DNA from: a virus
Taxonomy: Duplodnaviria > Caudoviricetes
Direction: 5' to 3' (one strand)
Length of the DNA stretch: 64,000 nucleotides
IMG/VR virus record: IMGVR_UViG_3300009716_000731
Location: 64,001-128,000 of that record
Numbering within the stretch: position 1 is the stretch's first letter; each line of letters starts with the position of its first letter. This document shows, in pieces, positions 48,290 to 58,057 of this stretch. The notes beneath the pieces were generated by a model. It saw nothing but the letters and a program-made list of their open reading frames with translations, ran no database searches and was not told where the DNA came from. The position numbers were made by a program, and so were the translations under genes.

Positions 48290-49034
48290 ATAAATTTTTC
48301 ATTCCTATTTTTTGAAAACTCATGTTTATGGTTTTTGCTAAATCTTCTTTTTTAAGATTACATAAGTTATTTAGTAACTGTAAGTTATTTTGATAAAGTT
48401 TCATATCTGGTTGTACTCTACTATGATACAAGTGATAGCATCGGTTAGGCATTTCGGTCCAAGTTAAAAAGTTTTTAACCTTATGTGATATAAAGTCATC
48501 TTCTGCACCCCAACCCTTAAAGTCTTCATTCCAACCAGCTATTTTGTGTATAGCTGCTTTTCTGAAAATACAAATTCCACCGCATAATGGAACTTTTTGA
48601 TGATCAGTTTCGCCTCTACCCGGTCTATCTATTTTGAAAATTTGATCAAATGGTTGATTAGATTCATGTGGTTGTAAATCAACCACTGATTTATATGGAT
48701 TTACCATCTCGAATTTATCAAGTTGTTTAATTGCTTCTATAAATTGGTTGGGTTCCATAACTAAATCTGCATCTGAGAAAACAATTACATCAGATTTAGC
48801 ATATTTAAGAGCTACATTAAAAGCCCAAGATTTATTATAAGCTTTATCTGATTTAAGAAATATATGTCTTGCTTTAATATTTAAGTGTGATATTTTTGAG
48901 TGCTTATCTTGCTCAATAACAATTACATCAACATTGCTAAATCCGTTTACCCAATCTAATGCTCTTTTAAGATTATTAAATCGTTCTAAGTTATGTCTAT
49001 AACCTATTATATAAGTGAAAGAATATTTATTCAT
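48276..49034 (-). CDS. GT-A glycosyltransferase (GT2/GT7 galactosyltransferase-like)
   Basis: VIEQD, NKSWAFN, DAD, GWNEDFKGWGAEDD, HLYH. Confidence 0.88.
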   Translation of the reverse strand: MNKYSFTYIIGYRHNLERFNNLKRALDWVNGFSNVDVIVIEQDKHSKISHLNIKARHIFLKSDKAYNKSWAFNVALKYAKSDVIVFSDADLVMEPNQFIEAIKQLDKFEMVNPYKSVVDLQPHESNQPFDQIFKIDRPGRGETDHQKVPLCGGICIFRKAAIHKIAGWNEDFKGWGAEDDFISHKVKNFLTWTEMPNRCYHLYHSRVQPDMKLYQNNLQLLNNLCNLKKEDLAKTINMSFQKIGMKNLYDTF

Positions 49035-49068
49035 TCTAAATTATTATTTTTTATTTATATTATATATA

Positions 49069-49215
49069 TTAAACTTGTTGAGGATTTTTCCAATCTTTAT
49101 GAGTTGTGATTGCTAACATTTGTTTATTTGTTAGTTCGTTAGGATTCCATCCCATCTTTTTGCAGTATTCAATTAAAAAGTTTTCTTTCTTAATTAATAA
49201 ATCTTTTTTGGTCAT
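49069..49215 (-). CDS. small hypothetical protein (48 aa)
   Basis: MTKKDLLIKKENFLIEYCKKMGWNP...; read manually; TTATATATA box upstream. Confidence 0.6.
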   Translation of the reverse strand: MTKKDLLIKKENFLIEYCKKMGWNPNELTNKQMLAITTHKDWKNPQQV

Positions 49216-49255
49216 GTGTTTTTATTTTTATATATAATTTTTGTATATTTGCCGT

Positions 49256-49837
49256 ATGGTATTCAAAGTAAGAGGTATATTAGAATTTAGTCCGCAGGAT
49301 AAAACTAAGAAGCACGAACGTCAAGCTTCTTGGAAGAGAGTTGCTATGATTAAAACTGACTGTGAAATAGATAGATACTATGCATGGTTCTTGAAAAAAA
49401 GATTTAACCTTGAATTAAATAAAAACTTAAGAGGAACTCACGTTACCTTTGTCAATGATAGAATGGATTTTGAAGTTTTTGAGCAAGCTTCTAAAATCTT
49501 TAATGGTAAGGAAATTGATTTTTATGTTGAAACTGAACCGAGATCTAATGGTGAGCACTGGTGGTTAAGAGTTTATTGCCAAGATGCAGAAATAATAAGA
49601 GAAAGTATGGGCTTGAGTAGAGAACCATTCTATGGAATGCACTTAACTTTAGGTCACGCTGTTGTTAAGTATCCAGAAGCGGTTGAAGTTAGTGAAAACT
49701 CTGCTATAAAAGTTAAGAAAGATTATTTAGAACACTCTGAATATATCTTAGAATGTTGTAAAAGACACGAGTTGATCTCAAATGAACCAAGAATGCCATT
49801 TGAACAGCAAGAAATTATAGAATTCAAAGAGGACTAA
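49256..49837 (+). CDS. 2H-phosphoesterase-superfamily protein
   Basis: Two HxT motifs (GTHVTF, MHLTLG) about 65 aa apart; ATG at 49256 after TATATTTG. Confidence 0.6.
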   Translation: MVFKVRGILEFSPQDKTKKHERQASWKRVAMIKTDCEIDRYYAWFLKKRFNLELNKNLRGTHVTFVNDRMDFEVFEQASKIFNGKEIDFYVETEPRSNGEHWWLRVYCQDAEIIRESMGLSREPFYGMHLTLGHAVVKYPEAVEVSENSAIKVKKDYLEHSEYILECCKRHELISNEPRMPFEQQEIIEFKED

Positions 49838-49901
49838 TAGTCCTCTTTTTTATTTCAACAAACTTGTTTTATAATCATATAAATAAAAATAAAAATTTAT
49901 A

Positions 49902-50732
49902 ATGATTAAAGCTGATTTATATTATAAAGAAAATCTAAGAAAAATATTGGAAGAGGGAACGATGGACAGAAATCCTCGTCCTAAATATAAAGATGGTCAA
50001 GATGCAAATAGCATATTTATAACTCAAGTTTTTGAGGAATATGATTTATCAAAAGGAGAATTTCCTATTACTACACTAAGAAATACTGCAATTAAAACAG
50101 GAATCAATGAGATTTTATGGATATATCAAGATCAAGACTCTAATTTAGAAACAGCACATAAAAGAAATATAATGTGGTGGGATGATTGGAATATTGGTAA
50201 TGGAACAATTGGTCAAAGATATGGTGCGACTATAAGAAAGTGGAATTTACTTGACAACCTTCTAGTGAGTTTAAGAGAAGATCCTTTTTCAAGAAGACAT
50301 ATTATTAATATGTTACAAGAGTCAGATCTGAAGCAAACAAATGGTTTATATCCTTGTGCTTACGAAACTATTTGGTCAGTAAGAGAAGTTGATGGTAAGA
50401 TGTTTTTAGATATGACTCTAAATCAAAGAAGTAATGATTATATTATGGCTGGGTATATCAATAAAATACAATATGTAGCTTTACAAATGATGGTCGCATC
50501 TGACTTAGGATATAAGGTTGGTAAATTCTGTCATTATGTTCAGAATCTACATATTTATGATAGACATATTGAAGCCGCTAAAGAGTTATTAGAAAGAGAA
50601 CCTTTAGAGAAACAACCAAAGTTAGAATTAAAGTCTGGTTTAAGTTTTTATGACGTAACTGTTAATGATTTTAAGATTTCTAATATTAGTGGTATACAAA
50701 AAATAAAATCAGAATTAGAAATAGCGATATGA
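49902..50732 (+). CDS. thyA: thymidylate synthase
   Basis: FPITTLR, SRR, catalytic YPC, QRSND, NLHIYDRH. Confidence 0.95.
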   Translation: MIKADLYYKENLRKILEEGTMDRNPRPKYKDGQDANSIFITQVFEEYDLSKGEFPITTLRNTAIKTGINEILWIYQDQDSNLETAHKRNIMWWDDWNIGNGTIGQRYGATIRKWNLLDNLLVSLREDPFSRRHIINMLQESDLKQTNGLYPCAYETIWSVREVDGKMFLDMTLNQRSNDYIMAGYINKIQYVALQMMVASDLGYKVGKFCHYVQNLHIYDRHIEAAKELLEREPLEKQPKLELKSGLSFYDVTVNDFKISNISGIQKIKSELEIAI

Positions 50733-50878
50733 GAGAATTGACTTTACCTGAGAGAATTGAATTATTTTGTGAGAAGTATAAAAAACATATTTCCTATGGT
50801 GATGACTTAGGGCATGATGATTTAGATAATCATGATATTCCAAGATTTGTTGAAACAAATGAGGAAAAATATATATAA
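50729..50878 (+). CDS. small hypothetical protein (49 aa)
   Basis: ATGA overlap with thyA stop; read manually. Confidence 0.5.
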   Translation: MRELTLPERIELFCEKYKKHISYGDDLGHDDLDNHDIPRFVETNEEKYI

Positions 50879-50898
50879 ATAAAAAATAATTTTATAGA

Positions 50899-51396
50899 AT
50901 GAGTAATATAACATCTATGGATTATATGGAAAGTATCGTTGAGCAAATAAAAAACATAGATACTGATAATTTACCTAATATAATTCCTGATTCAGAAAAA
51001 ACAAAATCTTCTGTTGTGGAAGAACAAAAAATTTATTTTTGGATTAGACTTTACCTAAAAGATGAATGTGATAATATTGAAATAGGTGATGATATTTGTA
51101 TTACTTATACTCCTTCTAGTGAGAAGCTTAAGACAAAATTTGTATGTTATGGTAAAGCAAATATAAATAAAGATTATGATCATGAAATCATAAGTTATAA
51201 TGCTGCGGATGATAAAAAAGTTCTTTGTTTGATGGTTGATGAAAATGAAGTTAACTATTCTGATGAAATACCTTTTATTAGAACTTTGTTTAAAACTGGT
51301 AGGCATTATGAATATCAATTAGTGAAAAGATCAGAACTTTTATTTATAATTGAAAGAAATGATTTTATTTTAGATTATTTCGATTGCACATTTTAA
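50899..51396 (+). CDS. hypothetical protein
   Basis: ORF track. Confidence 0.65.
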   Translation: MSNITSMDYMESIVEQIKNIDTDNLPNIIPDSEKTKSSVVEEQKIYFWIRLYLKDECDNIEIGDDICITYTPSSEKLKTKFVCYGKANINKDYDHEIISYNAADDKKVLCLMVDENEVNYSDEIPFIRTLFKTGRHYEYQLVKRSELLFIIERNDFILDYFDCTF

Positions 51397-51397
51397 T

Positions 51398-51589
51398 ATG
51401 ATAGATATATTTTTCATAGAATTTTTTGTAAAAAAGAAATACAACAAAAGCTTAGAGGAATATTTTTGCGTAAATAGACCAACAGCTTCTAAATGGCGTA
51501 ATATTAAATTTCCTAAAAGTAGATTATATGAGTTTTTACATAGAGAGGGAACACTTGATGTAATTGAATTAGTTAAAAGAATATACTAG
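51398..51589 (+). CDS. small HTH-like protein
   Basis: LEEYFCVNRPTASKWR. Confidence 0.5.
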   Translation: MIDIFFIEFFVKKKYNKSLEEYFCVNRPTASKWRNIKFPKSRLYEFLHREGTLDVIELVKRIY

Positions 51590-51630
51590 AGACAAGAAAC
51601 ATTTTTATATATACAAATAAAAATGTTTCT

Positions 51631-52218
51631 ATGAAAGTATGTAATGTATGTAATTTAGAACTAGATTTTAGTAAATTCTATAAGTCAACAAATAAGGATG
51701 GATTAAAGAATGAATGTAAGAGTTGCTACAATAATAAAAGATATGAATATAATAAAAATTATAAATTAAGTAATAAAGAAAGAATAGCAACTGTAAAGAA
51801 AGAATATTATTTAACTAATAAAGATTATATGATGAAAAAGCATACAGAATACTTAAATTATAGATATAAAAATGACTTATTGTTTAGATTACTCATATTA
51901 AGTAGAAGTTCTATTAAAAATGCTTTTTTAAGTAAAGGTATTAAAAAAAGATCAAAAACTATTGAGTTGATAGGTTGTTCGCTATTTGAATTAAGAAATC
52001 ACTTAGAATCAAAGTTTGAAAATTGGATGAACTGGAACAACCAAGGTTTGTATAATGGTGATTTTAATTATGGATGGGATATAGATCATATAATTCCTTT
52101 ATCATCTGCAAAAACAGAAGAAGAACTTATAAAGTTAACACATTATACAAATTTACAACCTTTATGCAGTAAAATAAACAGAGATATAAAAAAAGACACA
52201 TGGACACAGATTCGATAG
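51631..52218 (+). mobile_element. free-standing HNH-type endonuclease
   Basis: CNVC..CKSC, IGCS, WDIDHIIP, HYTNLQPL. Confidence 0.8.
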
Positions 52219-52715
52219 AATATTTACTGTTAAATTACTTTAATGAAGTAATATGGGTTAAAGAAAATCCAGCTTTTTTTGATATTATTGAAAAGAGTAG
52301 GGTTAATGGTGAGCTAATTATAAATAATAAACAAGAAATATATCACTTAAAAGAGTTGTTGGTCTCTTCAATTGAAGAGCTTAACAACTCTTTATATTTA
52401 CACCTATTAGATTGTAATAGCTATGATATAAGTTATTATACAAAGGGTATTAGAAAAATATTTGGTAATAATGATAGATTGATTTATAATGAATTATCAA
52501 AATTAGATCAAAAAAATACTTGGATCATAACTTCACAAAAGATATTAGAAAGATTTTTCTTTACTCGTAAGACAGTATGTTTTAATGTTTATGTTTGTGA
52601 TTTATTTGATGATAAGATAGTTATTGGAAGTAAAGACTCAAAACTTATATTGAATGAAAATTTGAAAGAATTTTATTTAGATTTATCTAACATAAAGATA
52701 TTAAACTTAAAATAA
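52200..52715 (+). CDS. hypothetical protein, possibly a highly degenerate capsid A-domain-like paralog
   Basis: NTWIITSQKI...FNVYVCDLFDDKIVIG weakly parallels 47561..48289. Confidence 0.4.
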   Translation: MDTDSIEYLLLNYFNEVIWVKENPAFFDIIEKSRVNGELIINNKQEIYHLKELLVSSIEELNNSLYLHLLDCNSYDISYYTKGIRKIFGNNDRLIYNELSKLDQKNTWIITSQKILERFFFTRKTVCFNVYVCDLFDDKIVIGSKDSKLILNENLKEFYLDLSNIKILNLK

Positions 52716-52738
52716 AAAAGTCGCTCAAAGCGACTTTT
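52714..52738. terminator. bidirectional intrinsic terminator
   Basis: AAAAAAGTCGCT-caa-AGCGACTTTT. Confidence 0.8.
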
Positions 52739-53067
52739 TATTCTATATATGTTATTTTCATATTTAATGATTTAGCTAATTCTATTTCGGCTAATACACC
52801 AGTAGATTTATCCCATCCATCTAATTTATAGACGAACATTTCATCACATTTGTATAAGAATGTTTCGCAAAAATTTTTCCAAAACTCCCAGTCTCCTGGC
52901 ATTTCTTTATAGTTTAATAGAGTGTGTCCATAAACTATTGGTGACATAACTACCATTCCGTTTGCAACTAATTCTGCAACTTTTTTACAAGTTAAATCAT
53001 ATCTATTTATTACAACACTTGGATCTTTATCCGAGTAAAGTGAAGCAAAGTAAAACATATTATTCAA
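52738..53067 (-). CDS. DUF1937 / nucleoside 2-deoxyribosyltransferase-like protein
   Basis: YFASLYS, SPIVYGH, GWDKSTGVLAEIELA. Confidence 0.8.
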   Translation of the reverse strand: MNNMFYFASLYSDKDPSVVINRYDLTCKKVAELVANGMVVMSPIVYGHTLLNYKEMPGDWEFWKNFCETFLYKCDEMFVYKLDGWDKSTGVLAEIELAKSLNMKITYIE

Positions 53068-53518
53068 TTCCTAATTCTCTAAGTTTAACATTTCTTTTAT
53101 GAGCATCATCAACAATAAGTTGAACCATTTGTCTATCTACCCATTTATTTTGCATAAATTGAATTACACCACTTATTCTTTGTTGATCTGATGATATTTT
53201 TCTATCATCGGTGGTGAATCCAGTGGCTTTAACTTTAAGCTGTTTTTCGGAGACTTCTACAACTTCAAGTTCATATGTTCCGCTAAATGAATATGACTCT
53301 TTAGTTCCTTGACCATAAATCAATGAATAGTTTGGATAAATTACTTTATCACCTGGTTCAATAGCAATTAAATCATTTTTAATAGACTCTGCTTTTGTTT
53401 TAGCTTTACTAAGTTCATTATTTTGGTTTATCAAATCTAAATTATTAGTAAAAAGTTTATAGTTAAGTACGATGCTTACTAGTAATGCAACCGATAACGA
53501 AATTATTGCTGTAATCAT
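53060..53518 (-). CDS. membrane-anchored protein with C-terminal RxxKLxxL tag
   Basis: N-terminal TM; ends KRNVKLRELGIE. Confidence 0.65.
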   Translation of the reverse strand: MITAIISLSVALLVSIVLNYKLFTNNLDLINQNNELSKAKTKAESIKNDLIAIEPGDKVIYPNYSLIYGQGTKESYSFSGTYELEVVEVSEKQLKVKATGFTTDDRKISSDQQRISGVIQFMQNKWVDRQMVQLIVDDAHKRNVKLRELGIE

Positions 53519-53529
53519 TTTATATTATT

Positions 53530-53793
53530 TTATAGTTCGTAATAAAGATCTGTAAATAAAGGTGATCTTTTAATGATTCCTTTTATTAAATCAATTCCAA
53601 TGTCTTGTAAAGCAAATTTGAATTCTATTTCATTTTCTACTTTTGTTAGAATTTCTCCGGATGCTAATACCTTTAAGTCACTTTTGTTGAAGTAAACATC
53701 AGTCTTTGTGTAGCCAGTTCCATGAGTAAAGTAGCCTAATTTACAAACACTTGTAAATAAGGTTTCGGTTAATACTGTTCTTATCTCTTGCAT
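53530..53793 (-). CDS. hypothetical protein
   Basis: ORF track. Confidence 0.65.
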   Translation of the reverse strand: MQEIRTVLTETLFTSVCKLGYFTHGTGYTKTDVYFNKSDLKVLASGEILTKVENEIEFKFALQDIGIDLIKGIIKRSPLFTDLYYEL

Positions 53794-53910
53794 AATTGAT
53801 TTTTGTTTTAATCTATATTAAAAAATGAGTTATATGTTTATAAATATATAAAAAAATAATTTTTGATGTAAAAAAATTAATATATAACTCTACAAATATA
53901 ATAATAAAAT

Positions 53911-55626
53911 ATGAGATGGATAAAAAAACGTGACTTATTTTTAAGCGAAGCTAAAATTAAGGATTTAATTCTTCCTATACAAGCAAAGCAAGTTAAAGAA
54001 TATTGGGGTGAAAAATATTTAGATTATGAAGAAGTTACACCTACTGATAAAATTGTTCAAGGAGTTTGGAAATTATCAGAGGAAGATAAGAATAAAGTTT
54101 TAAGTAAGTGGGCTGAGTGTGATATGGATCAACTATTTAAGTTATTCCAAGATCTACCAGAACAATTTGGAAATGTACTTAATAAATCAATTAGTAGTGA
54201 TGCGTATAGAGAAGACAACTTCTCAAAAGATGAATATCAAAGAATTTTTAATGATTTTGATATTAGACAACCTAAGTTAGATCAAATTTTTACAATGTTT
54301 GGTCCAGTTTTTAGAAAATTGTCTCTTACTGATACAATGGCGGATAGTATTATTGCAAAAGATGAGAATAATCGTCCTTTAAGAGATGAGAATGGTAATA
54401 TGATTAGAACAATTAAAGCAAAAGGTGATTTAGCTTTTAGTAATAATATGATCAATATCAACTCTTTCCTTAGTGATTATAATGATTTGGTTGATAGATG
54501 TGTTGATGCAAAGATAGAAGGTTGGAAAGTAAGTGATAAAGTAACAGCTAACTTCTCTAATGATAGAAATATATCTCAATTTATAAACTTTGCTTCTACA
54601 AATAAAAACACCGATTATCAATTAGATTTTGAGATATTTAACAGAGACATTTATCTAAAGATAAATCACAATCCTAAAGATATATTAAATATGTCTATTT
54701 CTAAATTTTATGCTTCATGTCAGCATTTATATACTGGTGCTTATAGAAGACAAGTATTATCTAATGTGTTTGATCCAAATAGTATTCCTGCTTTCTTAAC
54801 ATTTGAAACTCCAATATTTTGGAAAGGTGAAAAGATTTCAGATCAATTACCTTTATCAAGGATGATTATTAGAAATATTAAGCAGTTTGATGTAAATGCA
54901 GAGACTAAATTATACTTTGATAGAGCTTATGAGGATAGATTGCAGAGTGTTTTTGAAGAAATAGTTACAAAATATACAGGAATGGTTTCTACAGCACAAA
55001 GAGGAGATAAATACTATTTCTCACCTGATGTTGATTTTGGTGATGATGATTTAAGCCCATCATATCAAGATAAGCTTTCCTTAGAGAGAGTTTTAAGAAT
55101 TGGTAAAAATATTAAATCACTTACACTAAGTCAATTAACTTCTGGTCAAAGATATATCGTTGATCCTAATGCTAAGATAAAAGAGTTGATTGTTGAAACA
55201 TCTGATATTCCAGATTCTTTACTAAATCTAAACTTAAACTTGGATTGGATTAAATTTAAGTATTTAAGTATTAATACTCTTAATAATTTTGCTAATATTA
55301 AGACAGATAGTATTGCATTTGATAAATGTAAATTTGGTAATAATATTTTAGAAGATATGAACTCTATAAATCCAAATATTAAAAAGCTTCAAATTGTTAG
55401 CTGTGATAATACTACTTCTTTAGATTTCTCAATATTTGAAAATTTAGAAGAACTACAAGTTATTTATACATTAGATAGCTATCAAGATCTTGCTAATTTA
55501 TCTGTTAGTAAAAATCTTAAAAAGATGGTAATATCTGGTGACTTAGTAACTAAAGAAAGTAAACCTATAATTGGTTCATTAAAATCAAAAGGTATAAAAA
55601 TTGAAATTGTTGGTCCAGTAATATGA
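53911..55626 (+). CDS. tagged protein (MRWIKKRDLFLSE) with C-terminal leucine-rich-repeat-like region
   Basis: NIKSLTL, KIKELIV, NIKKLQI, NLEELQV, NLKKMVI; late box 53878-53886. Confidence 0.7.
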   Translation: MRWIKKRDLFLSEAKIKDLILPIQAKQVKEYWGEKYLDYEEVTPTDKIVQGVWKLSEEDKNKVLSKWAECDMDQLFKLFQDLPEQFGNVLNKSISSDAYREDNFSKDEYQRIFNDFDIRQPKLDQIFTMFGPVFRKLSLTDTMADSIIAKDENNRPLRDENGNMIRTIKAKGDLAFSNNMININSFLSDYNDLVDRCVDAKIEGWKVSDKVTANFSNDRNISQFINFASTNKNTDYQLDFEIFNRDIYLKINHNPKDILNMSISKFYASCQHLYTGAYRRQVLSNVFDPNSIPAFLTFETPIFWKGEKISDQLPLSRMIIRNIKQFDVNAETKLYFDRAYEDRLQSVFEEIVTKYTGMVSTAQRGDKYYFSPDVDFGDDDLSPSYQDKLSLERVLRIGKNIKSLTLSQLTSGQRYIVDPNAKIKELIVETSDIPDSLLNLNLNLDWIKFKYLSINTLNNFANIKTDSIAFDKCKFGNNILEDMNSINPNIKKLQIVSCDNTTSLDFSIFENLEELQVIYTLDSYQDLANLSVSKNLKKMVISGDLVTKESKPIIGSLKSKGIKIEIVGPVI

Positions 55627-57398
55627 AAAATTTGAAATATATAAAATTATTTGAAGCTTTTGATGCTTCGATTGTTAATAAAGTATTAGGATATATATCG
55701 TCTAAAGATAAAAAAATATTTTTAGATAAAATAAAAAGTATATGTAAAACATTTGATGTTCCTGAATCAAAATTATCTGATGATCTTTTTAGATATTTAC
55801 CTTATAATGCTGCTATATCCTATAACGGTGAAGCAGTTGCTGATGTTCCATGTGATGCTGTTGGTGAGTTTATTACTGGTGAGAGATGTAAAGATGGTAA
55901 AGTTAAAAGACCTTGGGGTAAAGGATTTAGATATGTTGATTGTTCTGCTTGTAATGGTACAGGTATTAAAAAACAAAAGTCAAATTTAAGATTATTAAAA
56001 TTTTGGTTTGATAAAGATGGTAAATTTATAGCAACAACTGCGGTTGATGGTGTTTATCGTCAGAATAATGCAGGTTCTTCTGCTGGTGCTGCTACGGTTG
56101 CATTTTCTCCTAATATTGATGATTATGAAGTAGTAAAAAGAATTCCTAAATCACAAATAGGTAGCTTAAATATAGGTGATATTATTGCAGTAGATTTAAT
56201 TAATGGATGGAATAATAGAACATGGTCACAAATTGTTAGTTATGTTATGAAGGTTTCCACTTGGGCAGGACAAAAAACTTTTGCTTTACAAAATACTGCA
56301 AGTTATTATAATAATTATCCTAGAGATACTTATGGTTGGGGTTCAATAGCTAGTGGATATTGGCAGATGAGTCACTCAAAGGTAGCAAATATTAGTTTAT
56401 TAAAACCTAAAGCTGGTGCTACAAGAAGAAGAAAAGATCCTCTTGGATATAATACAAGATTTGACTTTGATAGATTTGTTACTATGCCATCATCTATTTT
56501 ATCTTCTGTTAAAGATGCTAATTTTGCTATTATTTTTGATTATGCTAAGTTTATTAGTTTAGTGAATAGTAATAGCTATAAGTTAAAAGGTGATATAAAA
56601 GATGAAAGAACAGAAGCTAAGAAAGATACTTTAGCTTTTATGAAAGATGTAGATATTAAGAAAGCAAATATCGAAAGATATATGAAGTTAATAGCGGATA
56701 GAATGAAGATTCAAAATATATCCGATATATCTAATTTGACAAAATTATCTACTAAACTTATTTGTGGTGATTTTGCTGCTTATCGATTAAATTATAATAC
56801 AAGTGCTGCTATTGATAGACTTAATACAATATCTTCTTATTTGTTTAAGGTGATAAAAATGTATAAGAAGGGAGAAAGAGCTAATAATTTAGAAGAAGTT
56901 ATGGTTAGCTATGATTTCAAAAATAGTATAGAAAGAGTTAACTATGAAATTTCTGAGGGACTAAAGATTGCAAGTAGTGCTAGAACCTTCTATATTGATA
57001 GATTAGATAGAGTTAGAGAGTATATTAATAGTGAAGATGATGAAGAACTTAAAACTAAAGCTCTTAAGGTTTTAAGTAATATTGATAGACTTTCTAAAGA
57101 GATTAATAGCTATATTAGTATCTTTGAAGTAAGAAATTTAGAAGATGTTGAGTTATTATATCAAGAATTATCAATGGTTTTTGATTTACTTAGATCAGAG
57201 CGTGTTGGCTTAAGAACTCTTGATGGATTCTTTGATAGAATGAGACCACAAAGCTCTTATAATGAACCTAATTATATTTGGGTAAGATTAAAAGAGAAGC
57301 GTGACTACTATGGTAATATTAATAACAACATTAATTATTTAATTAATATTTTAAGAAAAAAACAATCTTTAGCAACAAGAGAGTTTGATGAAGAATAA
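55623..57398 (+). CDS. tagged protein (MKNLKYIKLFEAF) with DnaJ-type Zn-finger-like motif
   Basis: C..CKDG...CSACNGTG. Confidence 0.7.
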   Translation: MKNLKYIKLFEAFDASIVNKVLGYISSKDKKIFLDKIKSICKTFDVPESKLSDDLFRYLPYNAAISYNGEAVADVPCDAVGEFITGERCKDGKVKRPWGKGFRYVDCSACNGTGIKKQKSNLRLLKFWFDKDGKFIATTAVDGVYRQNNAGSSAGAATVAFSPNIDDYEVVKRIPKSQIGSLNIGDIIAVDLINGWNNRTWSQIVSYVMKVSTWAGQKTFALQNTASYYNNYPRDTYGWGSIASGYWQMSHSKVANISLLKPKAGATRRRKDPLGYNTRFDFDRFVTMPSSILSSVKDANFAIIFDYAKFISLVNSNSYKLKGDIKDERTEAKKDTLAFMKDVDIKKANIERYMKLIADRMKIQNISDISNLTKLSTKLICGDFAAYRLNYNTSAAIDRLNTISSYLFKVIKMYKKGERANNLEEVMVSYDFKNSIERVNYEISEGLKIASSARTFYIDRLDRVREYINSEDDEELKTKALKVLSNIDRLSKEINSYISIFEVRNLEDVELLYQELSMVFDLLRSERVGLRTLDGFFDRMRPQSSYNEPNYIWVRLKEKRDYYGNINNNINYLINILRKKQSLATREFDEE

Positions 57399-57445
57399 AA
57401 TAGAAAATCTTATCTTTTTGATAAGATTTTTTTATATATAGTAAT

Positions 57446-58057
57446 ATGAGATATATTAGAGAATACAATACTTTCGGTTCAACTTTAATAATAGTTGACG
57501 TACAAAAATCATTCAAAAAGTTTTTTACTGTTATGTACTTAAATGAATTAAATAAGTATTGTAAACAGTTCTCAGAAGTTTATCAAATATGGGATAACCA
57601 CGTGGATGGTAAAAATGTAGATAAAGATTACTTATATGATGACAATCCTGATATTCCAGTACATAATGATTTATATAGATTTCCTAATCAAAAAGACTTA
57701 ATAGAAAAAAGATATAATTATGATGTAGATGTTGATTTCTATAAAAAAATTCTATCAAAAGAAGTTTATCAAGACGCAAAATCTAAAGAAGAAATTAATC
57801 AATTAAAAAGAGGTGACTTCTTTGAAACAAAAGAAGGAACTTACATTATCTATATTGGTAATAATCATAAATGGTATCATTTACCAAAAAAGCTTTATGA
57901 TTTATTCCAAAGACTAAGAGGTAAAGAAGTTACAATGGTTGGTGGTTCTGATTCAGAATGTTTCTTAGATGTTGAAACCGCTGCTAAAGTATTTGGTGTA
58001 AATGTTAAAAGAAACTTCAAGTTTATATACAGTGCTAATCACTGTCCTATAAAGTAG
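57446..58057 (+). CDS. tagged isochorismatase / cysteine-hydrolase-like protein
   Basis: LIIVDVQKSF, IEKRY, MVGGSDSECFLD (Asp-Lys-Cys layout). Confidence 0.65.
   Translation: MRYIREYNTFGSTLIIVDVQKSFKKFFTVMYLNELNKYCKQFSEVYQIWDNHVDGKNVDKDYLYDDNPDIPVHNDLYRFPNQKDLIEKRYNYDVDVDFYKKILSKEVYQDAKSKEEINQLKRGDFFETKEGTYIIYIGNNHKWYHLPKKLYDLFQRLRGKEVTMVGGSDSECFLDVETAAKVFGVNVKRNFKFIYSANHCPIK

Noticed and set aside
49902-50732. ThyA as a base-modifying dCMP hydroxymethylase linked to the nearby glycosyltransferase
   Set aside because: Retains the Asn of dUMP-specific enzymes (YINKIQY); no direct support for DNA hypermodification in this window
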